64,000 nt of DNA from the NCBI GenBank assembly GCA_963767415.1, contig CAVYEU010000095.1:2959-66958 (forward strand), written 5' to 3'. Both the position numbers and the translations under genes were made by a program. Numbering within the stretch: the first letter of the stretch is position 1; each line of letters begins with the position of its first letter. Below, one piece after another: positions 41,209 through 51,152 of the stretch. The notes beneath the pieces are model-generated. The model saw only the letters and a list, made by a program, of their open reading frames with translations, was not told the DNA's origin and did not search any database. This DNA comes from an uncultured Eubacteriales bacterium (GTDB lineage: Bacteria; Bacillota; Clostridia; Acetivibrionales; CAVYEU01).

Positions 41209-43746
41209 ATGTCTGCAGCTTCGGTAAGTACTACTGGTGATAGTGTGATTAGCGGCACTTATTCGAAAAAATTTAGAATCGGTGGCATGGGCAGTGGCAT
41301 GGATACGGATGCAATTGTAAAACAGTTAATGCAGGCTGAAAGTATACCATTAGACAAATTAAAACAAAAACTGCAACTCAATAAATGGAAGCAGGATGAT
41401 TACAGAGGTATAACCAGTTTACTACAAGGAGTGCAAAATACTTACTTTAATTCTTTAAACCCTGCAACTAATATGCTATCTCAATCAAGCTATATAGAAT
41501 ATACTTCTACAAGCACCGATCCATCAACTGTTACGATAACTGGAAGCTCTTATGCTGTTCCAGGGAGTCATACTATCCAAATAAATAATCTTGCAACGGC
41601 TGCGACAGATTCAAGTACAGCAACAATTACAAAGAATATTGTTGCGTCATCAAGTGCAAACTTTGCAAATGCTGTAAATCAAAACTTATACTTAGATCTC
41701 GACGGGGTACGGAAGCTAATAACAATTGATTCTAGTGTAATAGACATCCCTTCTTTTCAAACTGCAATAGATAATGCAGTTGGATATAATAAAGTTGTTG
41801 TTAGTGATGCGGGTGGTGGGATATTACAGTTTAATACAGTAAGTGGAAGTAATGTTAATAAAATTATCCTTTCGTCGGGAACTAATGATGCATTAATGAC
41901 AAATTTAGGATTTTCAGGTACTGATAATTTAAGTAATAGACTAAACACATTTAATTCTCTTGAAACTATAGCAAATAAAATGAGTAATCCCTTTTCATTT
42001 GATTCTAATGGGAATGTTGCTTTAAGCATAAATAATACAAATTTTACGTTTAACCAAGGTACGACATTAGTAAGTATGATTAATCAAATTAACAGTAGTA
42101 ATACAGCAGGTGTAGTACTTCAATATGATGATATTAATGATAAGTTTAATTTTATTTCAAAACAAATGGGAACAGGTATAAACATTCAATTAATTGAAAC
42201 TGGAAGTAATTTTTTACAGGGCGCAAATTTTAGTAATATTCAAGGTTTGGGTGTTGCTGATACTAAAGGATATTCCGGTGAAAGTTTTAGAGTAATAATT
42301 GATGGAGTTCAACAAAATATTCAGCTTATTTCGGGGGATTATGTTGATGCCGATGACCTTGTCACAGATTTGCAGACCAAAATTCAGAATGCATTTACTA
42401 ATAATACTGTTAATGTAAGTCAAACTAATGGCATAATAAATATTTCACTAGCGACTGGTGGTGGAAGCAATATAAGTATTGGAAATCCGATATCAGGAAC
42501 TTCTGCACTTTCAAAGTTGAAGCTCAGTGCAAATTATACAGCAGGAAAAGATGCATCGGTTGTTTTAGATGGGCAAACACTGGTTAGGAGTACAAATTCT
42601 TTTACTACAAGTGGAATAACATATAATTTACTTAAAGAAGGTCAGCCTTCTCAGACTGTTACTTTGACCCAGGATGTTGATTCGGTTTATAATAATATTA
42701 AAAGCTTTATTGATCAATATAATAGTATGATAGATACAATAAATAAAAAAATATCTGAAGATTACCACAGAGATTATCAGCCTCTTACAGATGCTCAAAG
42801 GGCAAGCATGAATCAGGAAGATGTAAAAAAATGGGAAGAAAAAGCTAATGAAGGATTACTTAGAAATGATCAACTATTATCAAATATAGTTACGAGTGTG
42901 AGAAATGCTATGTATGATCCAATATCAGGGTATAATGGCAATATATCAAATATCGGAATAACAACAGGGGCATATCAAGATAAAGGAAAACTAAATATAG
43001 ATGAACATAAGCTAAAGCGAGCTATTGAGAATGATCCTGATGGAGTAATGAATTTATTTGTAAAACAATCAGAGGATTATCCATACTATTTAAATTATTA
43101 TTCTGTTACTGGGATATCAACTGCACAGAATGCGCTAACTGACTATACTGCTTCTAATAAAAGCTTTAATGTAACTATAGATGGTAATGCTCAAATAATA
43201 ACATTGAATGGCAGTTATTCTACATATAGTGATCTCACTTCAGCTCTTCAAACTAAGATTCAAAGTGCATTTTCTAATACTCCAATATCAGTCACAGCTG
43301 ATTCTGAAGGGTTTTTAACTATTTCTTTAAGTACGACAGGAAGTGATATTAGTTTATCCGATCCTACAAGTGGGGCAAGTGCGTTGTCCGATTTAGGATT
43401 TCCTTCGTTATCAACCAGCGGAAGAATTGCAAGATATAATGAAGAAGGATTAGCATATAGGTTATCTGATATAATTAATGATGCGGTAAGAACTTCAAGA
43501 GACCGTGATGGTAATAAAGGCACATTAATTGAAAAAGCAGGTTTGGTAGGAGATGCAAGTGAAACTACAAACATATTTTATAAAATTATGTCGCATGAGA
43601 CACGAGATATATCAGAAATGAAAAAAAAATTAACAGCTAAAGAAGATTCGTATTATAAAAAATTTACAAATATGGAAGAAGTAATTTCTCGGATGAGTGC
43701 TCAGAGTAATTGGATTGCTCAACAACTTGGTGGAGGAACACATTAA
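41209..43746 (+). CDS. fliD: flagellar filament capping protein FliD (hook-associated protein 2), unusually long with a triplicated internal module
   Basis: N-terminal FliD motif (GMGSGMDTDAIVKQLMQAESIPLDKLKQK...WKQDDYRGI) and a FliD_C-like end. Three ~75-aa paralogous modules (...LQT(A/K)IQ.AF(T/S)N...IS(L/S)..G(S/G)(N/D)IS...SG.SALS.LGF) sit at roughly aa 160-235, 363-440 and 655-730. Confidence 0.85.
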   Translation: MSAASVSTTGDSVISGTYSKKFRIGGMGSGMDTDAIVKQLMQAESIPLDKLKQKLQLNKWKQDDYRGITSLLQGVQNTYFNSLNPATNMLSQSSYIEYTSTSTDPSTVTITGSSYAVPGSHTIQINNLATAATDSSTATITKNIVASSSANFANAVNQNLYLDLDGVRKLITIDSSVIDIPSFQTAIDNAVGYNKVVVSDAGGGILQFNTVSGSNVNKIILSSGTNDALMTNLGFSGTDNLSNRLNTFNSLETIANKMSNPFSFDSNGNVALSINNTNFTFNQGTTLVSMINQINSSNTAGVVLQYDDINDKFNFISKQMGTGINIQLIETGSNFLQGANFSNIQGLGVADTKGYSGESFRVIIDGVQQNIQLISGDYVDADDLVTDLQTKIQNAFTNNTVNVSQTNGIINISLATGGGSNISIGNPISGTSALSKLKLSANYTAGKDASVVLDGQTLVRSTNSFTTSGITYNLLKEGQPSQTVTLTQDVDSVYNNIKSFIDQYNSMIDTINKKISEDYHRDYQPLTDAQRASMNQEDVKKWEEKANEGLLRNDQLLSNIVTSVRNAMYDPISGYNGNISNIGITTGAYQDKGKLNIDEHKLKRAIENDPDGVMNLFVKQSEDYPYYLNYYSVTGISTAQNALTDYTASNKSFNVTIDGNAQIITLNGSYSTYSDLTSALQTKIQSAFSNTPISVTADSEGFLTISLSTTGSDISLSDPTSGASALSDLGFPSLSTSGRIARYNEEGLAYRLSDIINDAVRTSRDRDGNKGTLIEKAGLVGDASETTNIFYKIMSHETRDISEMKKKLTAKEDSYYKKFTNMEEVISRMSAQSNWIAQQLGGGTH

Positions 43747-43782
43747 TAGTAACCCAAAAAGAGCTAAGAAGGAGGGGGTTAA

Positions 43783-44211
43783 ATGGTTTCGCATAATGCA
43801 TATTTCCAATACCAAGAAAATATCATAAATACATCCCGCTCTGAAGAGCTGGTGCTTATGCTGTATAATGGACTTGTTAAGTTTATTATGCAGGCACAAA
43901 AACATTTAGAGGAAAAAGATATTCAAAGTGCACATGAAAAGATTCTAAAAGCACAAAATATTGTAAAGCATCTTAAGGATACATTAGATATGAAGTATGA
44001 AGTTTCAATAAATCTAGATTTAATGTATGAATATATGTATAATAGGTTGATAAAGGCTAATATTAAAAAAGATAAAAAGATATTAGACGAAATGCTTGGA
44101 TTTGCTAAAGAGTTTAGAGATACTTGGTCAAATGCTATGAAATTAGCAAGGATGAAACAAAGTCTTAACCAGAATATCCAACGTGAGCCCAGACTGGAGA
44201 TAAATAGGTGA
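43783..44211 (+). CDS. fliS: flagellar export chaperone FliS
   Basis: GGAGGGGG RBS; FliS-like four-helix pattern (LVLMLYNGLVKFIMQAQ...LMYEYMYNRLIKANIKKD...EFRDTW). Confidence 0.85.
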   Translation: MVSHNAYFQYQENIINTSRSEELVLMLYNGLVKFIMQAQKHLEEKDIQSAHEKILKAQNIVKHLKDTLDMKYEVSINLDLMYEYMYNRLIKANIKKDKKILDEMLGFAKEFRDTWSNAMKLARMKQSLNQNIQREPRLEINR

Positions 44212-44702
44212 ATAACGAATATAATCAAATATTTAAAAAATTGCTTAATATATCAAATGAAAAATATATCAACCTAAAAAAGATATATGAACAAACAGTT
44301 GATCAAAAACATTGTTTTGAAACAGAAAATATCAGTACTCTGCAAAAGATAATTAATAGTAAACAAGAAGCAATTCGCATTATTAATAGTCTTGACAATG
44401 ATTTTGAAACCGATTTTATACTACTTAAGCAGAAACTAGGAATTAGAAATATGAGCGATATAAAAGATACAAGTATACTTCAAATTAAAGAAGTAAAAGA
44501 ACTAAGAACTGTGATTAGCAATATTTTTAAATTATTAAATGAAATAAGTATAATTGAATCACAAATCGGTATTGCGGCAAAACAATTACTAAAAAATATA
44601 GGAAATCAAATAAAAATCATAAATCAAAGTAAAAAACTAATTTCATCTTACAATCCTTTTGCGAATAACACAAGCTCATATTATATAGACAAGAAAAAAT
44701 AA
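44208..44702 (+). CDS. hypothetical flagellar-cluster protein (FliT/FlgN-like chaperone candidate)
   Basis: 164 aa, helical, K/N/I-rich. GTG start overlaps the fliS stop. Called by position (fliD-fliS-fliT order in Bacillus) only. Confidence 0.35.
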   Translation: MNNEYNQIFKKLLNISNEKYINLKKIYEQTVDQKHCFETENISTLQKIINSKQEAIRIINSLDNDFETDFILLKQKLGIRNMSDIKDTSILQIKEVKELRTVISNIFKLLNEISIIESQIGIAAKQLLKNIGNQIKIINQSKKLISSYNPFANNTSSYYIDKKK

Positions 44703-44731
44703 AATTTATAAAAGAACTCATAAAAAAGAGC

Positions 44732-44758
44732 TAAACTAATTTTCTTAAAAACCGATAT
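44732..44758 (+). promoter_or_regulatory. sigma-D-type promoter upstream of the second fliS paralog
   Basis: TAAA-N16-CCGATAT. Confidence 0.5.
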
Positions 44759-44794
44759 TATATATAAGTAAACGAATGAATGGAGGCGCCTATA

Positions 44795-45214
44795 ATGTTT
44801 GAAGACAATACTTTTTTAAATCAAGAAAATATTTCACAAGAAGCTAACAAGGATGAAAAAACTGTGTTGACAGTAAGTCAGGAAGAAATTGTATCGTTTC
44901 TTTATCAAGGATTAGTTGAGTTTATATCAGAAGCTCGTGATAAAATGATTAAGGAAGAATTTGAAGAATCCAGAGAAAAGATTACAAAATCACAGAATAT
45001 AGTTGAAGAACTATATAACACACTTGATATGAACTATGAAATATCTAGCCAAATGGCAGTACTCTATGAATTCATTTACCTAAGACTAAACGTTGCTTCC
45101 GTCGAAAATAAAGTGGATGCGCTAGAAGAGGTTTTAGACTTAGCAATAGAGTTTCGCGACACTTGGTTAGAAGCTGTTGAGCTTATAAAGAAACAGTTTG
45201 CAGTAGTTTCTTAG
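44795..45214 (+). CDS. second FliS-family flagellar export chaperone paralog
   Basis: IVSFLYQGLVEFISEARD...MAVLYEFIYLRLNVASVENK...EFRDTWLEAV is the same architecture as fliS. ATG at 44795 follows a GGAGG RBS. Confidence 0.75.
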   Translation: MFEDNTFLNQENISQEANKDEKTVLTVSQEEIVSFLYQGLVEFISEARDKMIKEEFEESREKITKSQNIVEELYNTLDMNYEISSQMAVLYEFIYLRLNVASVENKVDALEEVLDLAIEFRDTWLEAVELIKKQFAVVS

Positions 45215-45409
45215 ATACTAAAAACCAAAGGAGAGTGTCTAAACAGGATAATAATGGGATTATTTTATAAAACTTTGCGTTTTTTAAAGGTAAAAACAGT
45301 ATTTGACGAAATAGGAAGAAAATTGAATATAGATCTCCTAAAAAATATTTGTTTGAATCTTGTTGTTGTTGAACTCTCCTTTTATATAGATTTAAAAAAA
45401 TCTAAATGA

Positions 45410-45450
45410 ATAAGCAAAAAGGTGCTTAAAAGCACCTTTTTGCTTATTCA
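45410..45450 (+). terminator. rho-independent terminator upstream of pseC
   Basis: AATAAGCAAAAAGGTGCTT-AAA-AGCACCTTTTTGCTTATT. Confidence 0.65.
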
Positions 45451-45477
45451 TTTAGCCGATGAGATGAGGAGGATTTT

Positions 45478-46620
45478 ATGAGAGACTATATACCATACGG
45501 GACACAATGGATTGATGAAGATGATGTAGAAGCGGTGATCGATGTCTTGAAAAGTGATTATTTGACACAAGGGCCTAAAATAGAAGAGTTCGAGGAACAG
45601 GTTGCTAACTACATCGGGGTAAGATATGCTGTAGCTGTATCAAGTGGTACAGCTGCATTGCATGCAGCGTGTTTTGCAGCAGGCTTGAGCCCAGGTGACG
45701 AGGTTATTACGTCCCCTACAACATTCGCAGCCTCAGCAAACTGTGTATTGTATATGGGAGCAAAACCTGTATTTGCAGATATTGATCCAAAAACGTACAA
45801 CATTGATCCTAATGAGATTAAGAAAAAAATTACAGCATTCACTAAAGCAATTATCCCTGTGCATTTCGCAGGTAACCCTTGCAATATGGATGAGATTTTA
45901 AGTATCGCAAAAGAACATAATTTAGCTGTTATAGAAGATGGAGCCCATTCGATTGGAGCGACATATAAGGGGAAGAAAATCGGAAGTATCTCGGGATTGA
46001 CAACACTTAGTTTTCACCCTGTTAAGCATATTACGACGGGTGAAGGCGGAATGATTTTAACTAATGAACAAAATTCTTATAAAAAGTTATCTCTGTTTAG
46101 GACTCATGGGATTACAAGGGATGAAGAATTTTTGCACAAAAATGATGGTCCATGGTATTACGAGCAGCATATCCTTGGGTATAACTATAGACTTACAGAC
46201 ATTCAAGCTGCTTTAGGTATAAGCCAACTAGCCAAACTCGGTAATTCTCTTGAAAGACGGAAAGTGTTGATCAGGATGTACAATGAAGGATTTAGAAGTC
46301 TTAAGAACATTATTTTGCCCACAGAAAACAATGATGGGTTATCCGCATGGCATTTATATGTCATTCAGTTAAGGCTAGAGAATTTGGAATCTTCAAGAAA
46401 ACAAATATTTGATAAGCTAAGGAGTAAAAATATTGGTGTAAATGTACATTATATTCCGGTATATTATCATCCGTACTATATGAAATTAGGCTTTAGTCGT
46501 GGCATTTGTCCAAATGCAGAAAAATACTATGAGCAGGCAATAACTCTACCATTGCATCCGAAGATGACAGATGATGATATTATGTATATAATTAATTGTG
46601 TAAAGGAAGTAGTAACCTAG
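45478..46620 (+). CDS. pseC: DegT/DnrJ/EryC1/StrS family PLP-dependent sugar aminotransferase, PseC-like (UDP-4-amino-4,6-dideoxy-N-acetyl-beta-L-altrosamine transaminase)
   Basis: YIPYGTQWIDEDDVEAVIDVLKSDYLTQGPKIEEFEE... N-terminus typical of PseC/DegT; Schiff-base lysine region SFHPVKHITTGEGG. Confidence 0.7.
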   Translation: MRDYIPYGTQWIDEDDVEAVIDVLKSDYLTQGPKIEEFEEQVANYIGVRYAVAVSSGTAALHAACFAAGLSPGDEVITSPTTFAASANCVLYMGAKPVFADIDPKTYNIDPNEIKKKITAFTKAIIPVHFAGNPCNMDEILSIAKEHNLAVIEDGAHSIGATYKGKKIGSISGLTTLSFHPVKHITTGEGGMILTNEQNSYKKLSLFRTHGITRDEEFLHKNDGPWYYEQHILGYNYRLTDIQAALGISQLAKLGNSLERRKVLIRMYNEGFRSLKNIILPTENNDGLSAWHLYVIQLRLENLESSRKQIFDKLRSKNIGVNVHYIPVYYHPYYMKLGFSRGICPNAEKYYEQAITLPLHPKMTDDDIMYIINCVKEVVT

Positions 46621-46647
46621 GAGGTATAACAACCCGGAGGAGTGCAT

Positions 46648-47571
46648 ATGAACATTCTAGTTACAGGTGGTGCTGGATTTATTGGCCGTTGGGTTGTAAA
46701 AAGACTATTGGATGATAGCCATATGGTATGTGTTCTTGATGATCTTTCAAACGGTAGCTTAGATAATATAAAAGAGTTTAAGGATAATATTAAATTTATT
46801 CATGGCGATATGAAAGACAAAAGTCTGCTGCAAACAATATTTCAAACAAAATATGACATATGCTATCATTTGGCTGCAAGTATAAATGTTCAAGACAGCA
46901 TCGATGACCCCTTAAAAATATTTGAAAATGATACTATTGGAACGGTGAATATTCTGAACTCATGTAAAGAATCAAACACAAAGATTGTTTTTATGAGTAC
47001 ATGCATGGTTTATGATCGTGCTTCTTTTGAGTCTGGGATTACAGAAAAACATCCAACAAAGCCAGCCTCACCATATGCTGGAAGCAAGCTAGCAGCTGAA
47101 AATATGGTATTATCATACTGGTATGCGTACAAGCTGCCAATTGTTGTAGTTCGCCCATTCAATACATATGGTCCTTTTCAAAAATCAAGTGGTGAAGGTG
47201 GAGTTGTTTCAATATTTATAAAAAGACATTTAGAAAATAAAAAACTCCTAATATATGGTGACGGGTTACAAACTCGAGATTTATTATATGTTGAAGACTG
47301 CGCAAGGTTTGTAATTCTAGCTGGATATTTAGACTCTGTTAATGGAGAAATAGTAAACGCAGGTCTTGGCAAGGATATAGCTATTAATGATCTAGCGATG
47401 ATGATTTGCAACAACACTGCCCAAATAGAGCATATAAAACACATTCACCCTCAAAGTGAGATACCAAAGTTACTGTGTGATTATAAAAAAGCCCAAAAAC
47501 TATTAAACTGGACTCCACAGGTTTCATTAGAAAAAGGAATCGAGCTTACAAAATCGTGGATTAAAGAGTAG
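46648..47571 (+). CDS. NAD-dependent epimerase/dehydratase family protein (short-chain NDP-sugar epimerase)
   Basis: ILVTGGAGFIG Rossmann fold and YxxxK (YAGSKLAAE); GGAGGAG RBS. Confidence 0.75.
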   Translation: MNILVTGGAGFIGRWVVKRLLDDSHMVCVLDDLSNGSLDNIKEFKDNIKFIHGDMKDKSLLQTIFQTKYDICYHLAASINVQDSIDDPLKIFENDTIGTVNILNSCKESNTKIVFMSTCMVYDRASFESGITEKHPTKPASPYAGSKLAAENMVLSYWYAYKLPIVVVRPFNTYGPFQKSSGEGGVVSIFIKRHLENKKLLIYGDGLQTRDLLYVEDCARFVILAGYLDSVNGEIVNAGLGKDIAINDLAMMICNNTAQIEHIKHIHPQSEIPKLLCDYKKAQKLLNWTPQVSLEKGIELTKSWIKE

Positions 47572-47636
47572 AATTATATGCCATGTCTTGCATGATGGAT
47601 AAATGTATGGGCTTTACTTAGATCAGCCACCCGAAT

Positions 47637-48321
47637 CTATCCAAATGCTATAAGAGGAGTCTCTCCTAGAGAACTTATTAGGTTTATATTTGCTCCATAT
47701 AATAAAAGTAAATTGACTAATTCGGAACGGTTTTGCTCTATTGCATACATCAATGCATTTTTACCATCATTATCAAATGCATCTAAAAAAGCACCGCTTT
47801 TTATTAAAACTTTAGCAATATCATATTTTTCAAAATTTATTGAATAAATCAAAGCAGTTTTGCGTGTACGCCTGGAAGTTACATCTAAATCAGCATCTTT
47901 TTTTATAAGAGTATCAACTAAGATGAGTTGTCCACGACTGGCTGCTGCAAGTAACCCTGTGTTTTGGTTGAATTCGTCGATACTGAAATTCTTATCTTTA
48001 TCTAAAATCAATTTACCTATCTCAGGTAAATCATATAATATAGCATAAATTAAAGCAGTCTTACCATTTGTATCTTTATAGTCAAAAAACAGTGCTGTAT
48101 GAAATTATTAATCTTGCTATATCAGGGTTATTGGTTTCAAGAGCATTCATTAGTCCAGTTTTCCCATCTGAATCAGTCATATTTAGAACTTGCGAATATT
48201 GATTTATGAGTAATTCGACATCATTAGGGTTTTTACTTTCTATCATAGTAAATAACCTGACTAGTATGTCTCCTTGACTGCTTGAAGTAATGTTTGTTGA
48301 TTGCATAAAATTCCCCTCCAA
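47637..48321 (-). pseudogene. ankyrin-repeat protein gene split by a -1/+1 frameshift in an A6/T6 homopolymer
   Basis: ORFs 48082..48321 and 47637..48011 both carry ANK repeats (DGKTGLMNALETNNPDIARLII; DGKNALMYAIEQNRSELVNLLLLYGANIN). Deleting one T from the T6 run (plus-strand A6 at 48088-48093) joins them in frame (..TVFDYKDTNGKTALIYAILYDLPEIGKLILDKDKNF..). Confidence 0.6.
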
Positions 48322-48451
48322 AAAACTTTAGATAACATTTTAGTAAGAATATTGAGATTTTGAACATTACTTAAGTAAATATTTTCATTAAAGATATACA
48401 AATAAATAAGCGTTTAATTATAAAAGGTTCAAAATAAATTCACTCTAATAT

Positions 48452-48487
48452 AGATTAGCATATTTTTGTAAAATTTGCTAATCTATA
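48452..48487. promoter_or_regulatory. 13-bp perfect inverted repeat (operator candidate) in the divergent ankyrin/metH intergenic region
   Basis: ATATAGATTAGCA-N(~10)-TGCTAATCTATAT. Confidence 0.3.
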
Positions 48488-48703
48488 TTAAAAATAATTT
48501 TTCATGAAAAATTATAGGGATAGGTGGTATTGACTGATTGTCTAGCATTAAACGAGAATTGTTTAAACAAAGATAAGATTACGTGATTGAAAACACACTT
48601 ATTTGTGATTGAAAAGACAACCTGAATTAGTGATTTTGACCTACCTTTACCCTTCATTCTACTTGACTAGACTAAGCCTATCAAGTAGAATTTCCTCAAG
48701 GGG

Positions 48704-51124
48704 GTGAGGATTATTAACAAACGTGAGCTTTTAAATCATCTCGAAGATAATATTATTATATTAGATGGTGCTACTGGCACTGAGCTTCAAGAAAGGGGTA
48801 TGCCTAAAGATGTCTGCCCTGAACAGTGGGTTCTTCAAAATCCCGAAACAATCATTGATATTCAAAGAAAGTATATTCTAGCCGGATCGAATGCTGTTTA
48901 TACATGCACCTTTGGTGCTAATAGAATCAAGCTCAGTGAATTTGGTCTTCAGGAAAATGTCAGACAAATTAATAAAGACTTGGCTATGCTTTCGAGGAGA
49001 ACTGCTAAAGAGAAAGTTTTTGTAGTCGGTTCTGTAGCGCCGACTGGAAGATTCATCAAACCCTTTGGGGATATTGCTTTTGAAGAGGTTGTCAATATTT
49101 ATAAAGAACAGGTTCAAGGGCTCTTAGAGGGTGGTGTTGACTTTTTTGTCATAGAGACAATGATTGATTTGCAAGAGACCAGAGCAGCATTGTTAGCTGT
49201 TTTAGAAAGTTGTGATCTCCCTGTGTGTGTTAGTTTGACATTTGAAGTAAATGGTAGGACACTCACTGGAACTGATCCTAAGACAGCGGTCATTACACTC
49301 CAAAGTCTCGGGGCAGATGCAGTTGGGTGTAATTGTTCAACTGGACCAAGTGATATGTTAAAGATAATTGAACAAATGTCTAAGGTTGCTAAAGTTCCCC
49401 TTATCGCAAAGCCTAATGCAGGTATTCCTAAGCTTATAGATAATAAAACTGTTTTTGATATGCAGCCTCAAGATTTTGCGTCATATACAAAATCTTTCAT
49501 GGATCTTGGAGTTAGATTGATCGGAGGATGCTGTGGTACAACGCCTAGACATATAGAGGCTTTAAAAAATAATTTGACTAAACCTTCTTTATTCAAAATT
49601 CCACAAAAGGATTTTAGCATATTGACTTCATCGAGAAAATCAGTTCATATAGGTGCTGATACTCCTTTAGTCATTGTTGGTGAAAGAATCAATCCAACTG
49701 GCAAAAAGAAACTTCAGGAAGATCTTAAAGAAGGTAAAACCTTGGAGGTTCGAAGACTTGCAATAGAACAAATAAGTAGTGGTGCTAGCATTCTTGATGT
49801 CAATGTCGGTATGCCTGGAATTAATGAAAAAGAAACTATGGTAAGCACTGTTGAATTTTTAAGTTCCATCGTTGATTCTCCACTGTGTATTGATTCATCC
49901 TCCCCCGACGTTATTGAAAATGCATTACGTGTATATCCTGGCAGAGCTTTAATTAACTCTATTTCTTTTGAAAAATCCAAAATAGAAAGGCTTATACCCA
50001 TTGCAAAGAAATATGGCGCTATGTTTATTATACTTCCATTAGACGATAATGGTATTCCATCAACCTTTGAAGCAAGGATTGATATTATCCAGAAAATTTT
50101 TAGGTTTGCAAATAAATTTGGTATTTGTAAATCAGATATAGTAGTTGATGGGCTAGCAATGACTGCCTCATCTGATCAGAATGCTGCTAAATTGACGCTC
50201 GAGACTATTGACTGGTGTTCTAATGTTTTAAAGTGCAACACTATTGTTGGATTATCAAATATTTCGTTTGGATTGCCTAATAGAAGTTGGATAAACGCTG
50301 CATTCCTGGTTATGGCTATGGGAAGGGGTCTATCTATGGCCATTGCTAATCCGCTTGCTGAAATTTTAATAAACTTAAAATATGCATCTGATGCTTTGGT
50401 CAATCGAGATAGAAATTGTAAATATTACGTAGAGCATTTTACTAAAAATGAGCATACTACTGATGATAGAAATGCAAATAAGGATAAGGATCTAAGACCA
50501 GTTGAAAGACTCTATAATACTATCTTGCAAGGTGACAAAGATAATGTCATAGGTATTATTGATGCTGTATTAAAAGAAAATATTGAGCCTAAGGTAATTG
50601 TAGATGAATACCTAATACCTGCTATTAATCATGTCGGAGAGCTATATGAAACAAAAAAATATTTTCTTCCTCAGCTTATTAATAGTGCGGAAACTATGAA
50701 AAAAGCGTTTGAGTTTTTGGAGCCGATGCTTAAGACTGATGAAACTAATAAGACCTCAACCACTATAGTTCTTGCTACTGTAAAAGGAGATATTCACGAT
50801 ATTGGGAAAAATATTGTTGCTTTAATGCTTAAAAACTATGGATTTACCGTAATTGACCTTGGAAAAAATGTTCCTACTTTGACGATCATCAATAAAGCAA
50901 AAGAATTGAATGCAAAAATAATCGGGTTGTCAGCTCTTATGACAACTACAATGGTCGAGATGAAAGAAGTTATTCGTCTTGCAAAAGAATCTGATCAAGA
51001 TTTCAAAATAATCGTTGGGGGTGCAGTTGTTACTTCTCAGTACGCAGATGAAATCGGTGCAGATGGTTATTCCCGTGATGCATATGAGGCAGTTCATTTA
51101 GCTCGGAAATTATTATATAATTGA
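48704..51124 (+). CDS. metH: B12-dependent methionine synthase, short form (Hcy-methyltransferase + pterin-binding + B12 cap/B12-binding; no AdoMet reactivation domain)
   Basis: ILDGATGTEL... Hcy domain with GGCCGTTP; pterin-binding region; B12 cap; B12-binding DxHxxG (GDIHDIGKNIV) with LSALMTTT. 806 aa aligns along its length with Thermotoga-type short MetH. GTG start. Confidence 0.85.
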   Translation: MRIINKRELLNHLEDNIIILDGATGTELQERGMPKDVCPEQWVLQNPETIIDIQRKYILAGSNAVYTCTFGANRIKLSEFGLQENVRQINKDLAMLSRRTAKEKVFVVGSVAPTGRFIKPFGDIAFEEVVNIYKEQVQGLLEGGVDFFVIETMIDLQETRAALLAVLESCDLPVCVSLTFEVNGRTLTGTDPKTAVITLQSLGADAVGCNCSTGPSDMLKIIEQMSKVAKVPLIAKPNAGIPKLIDNKTVFDMQPQDFASYTKSFMDLGVRLIGGCCGTTPRHIEALKNNLTKPSLFKIPQKDFSILTSSRKSVHIGADTPLVIVGERINPTGKKKLQEDLKEGKTLEVRRLAIEQISSGASILDVNVGMPGINEKETMVSTVEFLSSIVDSPLCIDSSSPDVIENALRVYPGRALINSISFEKSKIERLIPIAKKYGAMFIILPLDDNGIPSTFEARIDIIQKIFRFANKFGICKSDIVVDGLAMTASSDQNAAKLTLETIDWCSNVLKCNTIVGLSNISFGLPNRSWINAAFLVMAMGRGLSMAIANPLAEILINLKYASDALVNRDRNCKYYVEHFTKNEHTTDDRNANKDKDLRPVERLYNTILQGDKDNVIGIIDAVLKENIEPKVIVDEYLIPAINHVGELYETKKYFLPQLINSAETMKKAFEFLEPMLKTDETNKTSTTIVLATVKGDIHDIGKNIVALMLKNYGFTVIDLGKNVPTLTIINKAKELNAKIIGLSALMTTTMVEMKEVIRLAKESDQDFKIIVGGAVVTSQYADEIGADGYSRDAYEAVHLARKLLYN

Positions 51125-51152
51125 TAATTAAAGGAACATTACAATAAACAAT

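Noticed and set aside
45215-45400. Possible 51-aa small ORF (MGLFYKTLRFLKVK...) between fliS2 and pseC
   Set aside because: Weak RBS and no recognisable family. It sits just upstream of a strong terminator hairpin, but I could not support it as a gene.
45440-45477. Sigma-D promoter for pseC (GCCGATGA)
   Set aside because: The -10-like GCCGATGA matches only 6 of 8 positions, and no TAAA lies at the required 15-17 nt spacing upstream.
48500-48703. SAM-I (S-box) or T-box riboswitch upstream of metH
   Set aside because: CTATCAAG...GGGGGTGAGG weakly resembles the SAM-I 5' end, but the rest of the aptamer would overlap the well-aligned MetH N-terminus. AGGGATAGGTGGTATTG is not a proper T-box (AGGGTGGNACCGCG) and sits about 120 nt from the hairpin. 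Neither is supported.
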